Source of the DNA: Pseudomonadota bacterium
GTDB lineage: Bacteria > Pseudomonadota > Gammaproteobacteria > Arenicellales > Poriferihabitantaceae
Direction of reading: 5' to 3'
Length of the DNA: 29,336 bases
Assembly (NCBI GenBank): GCA_024226105.1
Contig: JAAELZ010000211.1
Span: forward strand, 1-29,336
Positions within the stretch are counted from its first letter, which is position 1; the number at the start of each line of letters is the position of its first letter. Shown here piece by piece: positions 25,100-29,336 of this stretch. The notes beneath the pieces are model-generated. The model saw only the letters and a list, made by a program, of their open reading frames with translations, was not told the DNA's origin and searched no databases. The translations under genes were made by a program, and so were the position numbers.

Positions 25100-26701
25100 T
25101 TAAAGCCATCGACTGCAGAACCGGTCTTGTGAAATGGCATCACCCCAGGGGGACATAATTTCTGTCATACCGGTATTTTCTCCGAAACTTCGAGCAACGG
25201 CGCTGGGGCAAGCAAAAGAATAGGGATAATTGGTTCGTCGCGCTCGTCTTAACGGGTGTTGGGCGGCAATCAATTGTTTTGTTTTTTCCTCAAGGCTATG
25301 GTCTGCCACGACCATGTCACCGCCGCTCATGTCGATGCGGGGATGATGAAATGCCTGTTCCAGGTCCATATCATAATCGCACAGGAACGAAGTCAGTTGC
25401 ATTACTGCCGGCATGATTTTACGGCCGCCGGAAGCACCGACAGCAAAAGACATATCGCCTTTGTGGCCAATGGCAGGGCACACATTCATCAGGCATTTTT
25501 TGTCCGCACCGAGGGAATTCGGTTTGCCCTGTTCGGGATCAAACCACATGATGCCGTTATTCATCAGTATGCCAGTTGATGGCAAAGTCACCTTGCTGCC
25601 AAAGGCGGACAGGAGTGTTTGCGTCATGGCAACCATATTGCCGTCTTGATCAACAACGCTGAAATGGGTGGTACAGGTATCACCGCGCTTACTGTCATCA
25701 TCACCCATATTTGCCATACGAGTTGCATAGGCGGTTTTCAGTGCATTGGCATAACCGGCATACATTCGGGCATCGGGAGTTCCCTTTGGTTGTTTTTGTG
25801 AATGCTCCAACTCCCTTAACGCATCTGCCAGGGTCGCTCCCGCAGTCAGACCGGGAACCACGGAAATCATCGCATCACGATAGCTGATATCCAATGGGTC
25901 AACCAGCATCGCCCGATAGTCGTACAGATCTTCCGCAGTCAGGCTGCCGCCTAGTCGTTGCATGTCAGCGACAATGGCGCGAGCCAGGTCGCCGTCATAA
26001 AGTTCCCTTGGTCCCTTCTCTGCAACCTGCCTCAGGGTTTGGGCCAGTTGGGAGAAATCCAGGTGATCTTCCAAAGTCGCGGTCCACTGGGAGATGATTG
26101 GAAATCCGTCCCTAAAATAGATATCGCGTGAGGTGTCATACAAATTAATCAGTTTGGCGGAACCGGCAATCATCAAAGAAGTATTCCAGTCAACGATCGG
26201 TCCTTCCATTGCCAGGTCTACTGCCGGTTGCACCAGTTCTACCCAGGATTTGGTGGCAAAATTCTCGTGAGCAATCCGCACTCCATCAACCAGTCCGGGA
26301 ACAGCAATTGAACCGGGACCATGCAAATTTCTATCATCTTTTACCAATCGCCAGGGAAACAGGTCAGATGCAGTTCCACCGGCCAGCGGATAGAGTGTCG
26401 GGTCGAGTGATTTCGATGAGCGCATACCATAGTCGATTGCGTGGGATTTGTTTTTTTTGCAATCATAAATTACCATTGCACCGCCACCCGCAAGACCGCT
26501 CATCCACGGTTCAACCACACCAATTGCAAAAGAAGTAGCGATAGCCGCGTCAATTGCGTTACCGCCTTCTGCCAGTATTTGCGCACCAACTTCCGCAGCA
26601 AGCCGATGTTGGGCAGCGACAATGCCACCAGCAGATCTGCAGACGCTTTTGCCTATTGTCTGGGAAGAGCTGAAGTTTTCTCTTAGTGATTGAGAATCCA
26701 T
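25100..26701 (-). CDS. Gamma-glutamyltransferase family (Ntn hydrolase)
   Basis: GGNAIDAAIA..FAIGVVEPWMSGLAGGG, AVPGLV.G, autoprocessing Thr in CTTHFSVVD, FGSKV, GILMNNG, GASGGRKI. No signal peptide evident. Confidence 0.93.
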   Translation of the reverse strand: MDSQSLRENFSSSQTIGKSVCRSAGGIVAAQHRLAAEVGAQILAEGGNAIDAAIATSFAIGVVEPWMSGLAGGGAMVIYDCKKNKSHAIDYGMRSSKSLDPTLYPLAGGTASDLFPWRLVKDDRNLHGPGSIAVPGLVDGVRIAHENFATKSWVELVQPAVDLAMEGPIVDWNTSLMIAGSAKLINLYDTSRDIYFRDGFPIISQWTATLEDHLDFSQLAQTLRQVAEKGPRELYDGDLARAIVADMQRLGGSLTAEDLYDYRAMLVDPLDISYRDAMISVVPGLTAGATLADALRELEHSQKQPKGTPDARMYAGYANALKTAYATRMANMGDDDSKRGDTCTTHFSVVDQDGNMVAMTQTLLSAFGSKVTLPSTGILMNNGIMWFDPEQGKPNSLGADKKCLMNVCPAIGHKGDMSFAVGASGGRKIMPAVMQLTSFLCDYDMDLEQAFHHPRIDMSGGDMVVADHSLEEKTKQLIAAQHPLRRARRTNYPYSFACPSAVARSFGENTGMTEIMSPWGDAISQDRFCSRWL

Positions 26702-26855
26702 TGACTAAATTCCAGGTTGGATAATTAGTTTCTGTAAGCAACAGTAATATACGCGGTGTTTTCACTTTTGGAATTTTTGGACAAGAATAACAATAAGAGA
26801 GATCGGACATCGGCCGTGGAATAATTAAAATATCCGAATTCTGAAAAATTGACCG

Positions 26856-27188
26856 TCAAACAGCGCGTGTCAGTATATCTTGATGTTCAGGATACGTTTC
26901 CGCCGATATTTCTGAAATGTCATCCAGAATTTGACTTGTCATCTTCTTGATGATTTCCTGATCTTCAGAGCGCTGGTTAATTTGCTCAACAATAAAGCGA
27001 ATTCGGGTGAATGCCTGCAAGGGAGTGCGAGCTTCGGCCTGCATAATCGCATTAAACGCATCGCTTAATTCACGATCAGCTTCAGAGATGTCATGATCAC
27101 TAACTTCCAATTCGGAAGCCAGAAGCTGGGTTAGGTGATCACGAGCCGAGTTATAGCGAGTTATAAGCTTGCCAAAATAACAGGTCAA
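26856..27188 (-). CDS. Hypothetical small alpha-helical protein (110 aa)
   Basis: TTG start with GGAG RBS, downstream of and co-oriented with the LuxR-type gene. Similar to the 86-aa protein at 3340-3600. Confidence 0.75.
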   Translation of the reverse strand: MTCYFGKLITRYNSARDHLTQLLASELEVSDHDISEADRELSDAFNAIMQAEARTPLQAFTRIRFIVEQINQRSEDQEIIKKMTSQILDDISEISAETYPEHQDILTRAV

Positions 27189-27376
27189 TGTTTACTCCAC
27201 GTCTAGCAACAAAAATCTGTTGCTGTCCCACTAAATGCCCACATCTGTAATCCCTGCTATCGTTTTTATCGACTTTTATAGATCAACTGTCAATCACCCA
27301 ACTCAATCAGGCACACAAATTGGATAGCTTTTGGTGCAAATTCCTCAGTAATTTAGTAGATTACCAATTGACCAAT

Positions 27377-28150
27377 TTAAACCTGATCTCTGAATTGCGT
27401 GCTGAATATCTCACCAAAAGCAATTGCCTTGGCGATCGCTTGTGATCGATTTTTTGCTTTCAGTTTCTTTTCTGCAGTTTTCATAATTAAACCGATGGTA
27501 ATTTCGCTCAGATTGAGGAATCCACCAATTTCGATATCGGTATAACCACTGGAATTCAGGAACAGTGCTTCTGCTTCCAGAGTGGATAACCTTTTTGATT
27601 CAAAAAAAGTAGTAACCTCGGGAAAACGGCAGATAATGGCAACGGCAATCTGGCAGACCGCGTCAATGATTAACAATTTATCTTCGGAAGAAAAGGGTCC
27701 ACTATTTGAACTCATCATAAGCTGGCCAAGACCGCGGCCCAATATTACCGGGACCACAAAAACGCCGCTGGGGAAACATTTTGATAATTCATCAAGAAAT
27801 CTATTGCTTAACAGGTCGTCGAATTGCGACCGGTCAATCTCACTGACTTCAAATGGATGCAGTAAGCGAAGCGCTTCAACAGCAATTGGACAGATACCAT
27901 TTTCACCCATTTTTTTTCGAATATTCGTCAGTTCTTCTGGTGCATTACGAAAAGGCCTGACTACATTATCGGGGTTATTGCGATCACAAAAAAGCACAGA
28001 AATCAACCGAAGTTGTCTTGAAAGGAAAAACTGCTCGGCAATGGAGCAGGCAGTTTCAGGATCTGTTGTTTTTGAGATTTGCCCAATAGTGCTGCGAATA
28101 TCGAACTGTAACTGTTCCACATTCGTATCGGTTATCCTCCGGATATTCAT
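27377..28150 (-). CDS. LuxR-family regulator (C-terminal HTH; degenerate autoinducer-binding-like N-domain)
   Basis: C-terminal LSTLEAEAL...SGYTDIEIGGFLNLSEITI...KKLKAKNRSQAIAKA; GGGGGA RBS; 257 aa. Confidence 0.85.
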   Translation of the reverse strand: MNIRRITDTNVEQLQFDIRSTIGQISKTTDPETACSIAEQFFLSRQLRLISVLFCDRNNPDNVVRPFRNAPEELTNIRKKMGENGICPIAVEALRLLHPFEVSEIDRSQFDDLLSNRFLDELSKCFPSGVFVVPVILGRGLGQLMMSSNSGPFSSEDKLLIIDAVCQIAVAIICRFPEVTTFFESKRLSTLEAEALFLNSSGYTDIEIGGFLNLSEITIGLIMKTAEKKLKAKNRSQAIAKAIAFGEIFSTQFRDQV

Positions 28151-28224
28151 TTATCCCCCAATCAGACCACCACCATATTATATTAGTCGAATCACCACAA
28201 CAACATATTCACGTATGATAGCAT

Positions 28225-28241
28225 TTTGAAAATATTTCAAA
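28225..28241. promoter_or_regulatory. Palindromic putative operator in the luxR/iolB divergent intergenic region
   Basis: TTTGAAA-ATA-TTTCAAA, perfect 7-bp arms. Cognate regulator unknown. Confidence 0.4.
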
Positions 28242-28480
28242 CAAAATCCTGGCGTTTTCACCGGAAATTCCTGAACATGGAAGCTAAGATTTGTGATATT
28301 TGATGTTCCAGGATGGACTAATTCACAATCGGGACTGAAAAAGTCAACAATATCATAAGTAAGATTCGATAGTGATTGGGAATTTCCTTCACTGTCAGGC
28401 AGAGTCGAAATCTGTGCATTATTAATTTGCTGACTCCGATAAAGTGATTACAGTAACCATTTCATTGTCAGGAGTATTTT

Positions 28481-29290
28481 GTGGGAAAACTTCATCGAAA
28501 ACCAGCTGGTTCGAACGGCGAGGTACATAACATAAGCCCGCAGGGTGCCGGGTGGACTTATGTCGGCTTCAAATTATATCACCTTGATAAAGGCGATAGC
28601 ATTAAACAGTTGAGCGATGATCGTGAGGTGATACTGGTATTGGTTGAAGGAAAAGCGGAAATTGCTGCAGGTGACAGTAATTTTGGTGAACTGGGTGATC
28701 GCATGAGTGTTTTTGAACGCACTCCGCCCCATTGTGTTTATGTGCCCAATGCAGTCAGCTGGACGGTAAATCCAACAACCAGGTGTGTTCTCGCGGTTTG
28801 CTCTGCGCCAGGAAAAGGAAACTATCCGGCTCGGATTATCGGGCCAACCGGTATCGAGCTTGAACAGCGGGGGAAGGGAGCCAATACGCGTTATATTCAC
28901 AACATCGCTATGGAAAATCGTGACGTTGCCGACAGTTTGCTTGTCACCGAGGTGTTCACACCTGATGGCAACTGGTCATCTTATCCGCCGCATCGCCATG
29001 ATGAAGATAATTACCCGGATATAACTTATCTGGAAGAAACCTACTATCATCGTATCAACCCGGCTCAAGGATACGGAATCCAGCGGGTGTTCACCGAAGA
29101 TGCAACACTCGATGAAACCATGGCCGTGTCGGATGGCGATGTGGTCCTGGTTCCAAAAGGCCATCATCCCTGTTGCTCACCCTATGGCTACGAAATGTAT
29201 TATCTCAACGTCATGGCAGGACCTTTGCGAAAATGGCGTTTTCAAAACCATCCGGACCATGACTGGATATTTCAGCGGGACAAAGACTGA
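28481..29290 (+). CDS. iolB: 5-deoxy-glucuronate isomerase (myo-inositol catabolism)
   Basis: ISPQGAGWTYVGF, RMSVFE, RGKGANTRYI, SLLVTEVFTP.GNWSSYPPHRHD, LEETYYHR, VLVPKGHHP, YYLNVMAGP.R.W. GTG start with AGGAG RBS. Confidence 0.96.
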   Translation: MGKLHRKPAGSNGEVHNISPQGAGWTYVGFKLYHLDKGDSIKQLSDDREVILVLVEGKAEIAAGDSNFGELGDRMSVFERTPPHCVYVPNAVSWTVNPTTRCVLAVCSAPGKGNYPARIIGPTGIELEQRGKGANTRYIHNIAMENRDVADSLLVTEVFTPDGNWSSYPPHRHDEDNYPDITYLEETYYHRINPAQGYGIQRVFTEDATLDETMAVSDGDVVLVPKGHHPCCSPYGYEMYYLNVMAGPLRKWRFQNHPDHDWIFQRDKD

Positions 29291-29336
29291 ATTTCGATCA
29301 CCTGATGGAGTGGGGAACACGTGCCGGTGACTAGAG

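Noticed and set aside
27582-28229. 215-aa plus-strand ORF, and similar long antisense ORFs such as 11776-12510 and 253-591
   Set aside because: Shadows of well-supported opposite-strand genes, with no recognisable motifs.
29310-29336. Possible start of a following iol gene (GGAG then GTG codons)
   Set aside because: Too little sequence before the window edge to identify.
1-29336. CRISPR array, tRNA/rRNA, integron attC array
   Set aside because: No regularly spaced repeats or RNA-gene signatures seen. The recombinase is paired with an IS91-type transposase and no cassette array is evident.

Overview
29.3 kb of what looks like a marine alphaproteobacterial chromosome: a catabolic, accessory-rich region with signs of decay. 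No rRNA, tRNA or CRISPR is visible. Left to right: (1) a partial atypical SDR and a ketopantoate-reductase-family gene. (2) A ~3.5 kb block with an IS630 relic, a rhomboid protease, an IS6 relic, a small helical protein and an EEP nuclease. (3) A tightly coupled minus-strand run: DMSP lyase dddP > LeuC-like > LeuD-like > isocitrate lyase/PEP-mutase-family lyase > hydantoinase/oxoprolinase B > A > Cys-less isochorismatase-family hydrolase. (4) A SulP pseudogene with two lesions. (5) A class III aminotransferase divergent from a MocR/GabR-type regulator, with palindromic sites between them. (6) An intact-looking two-gene mobile element (tyrosine recombinase + IS91-type HUH/Y2 transposase) bounded by an imperfect 30-bp inverted repeat. 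(7) A GcvA-like LysR divergent from an SHMT-fold enzyme, then an MFS transporter and a gamma-glutamyltransferase. (8) A small helical protein and a LuxR-type regulator lacking AHL-binding residues. (9) iolB. Best candidates for something undescribed: the dddP-headed lactamase/hydratase/lyase operon, which probably once continued into the reductase and SDR genes; the end structure of the recombinase-HUH element; and a pair of distant small helical paralogues, one linked to the LuxR gene. All family calls come from motif recognition by eye; no database searches were run.
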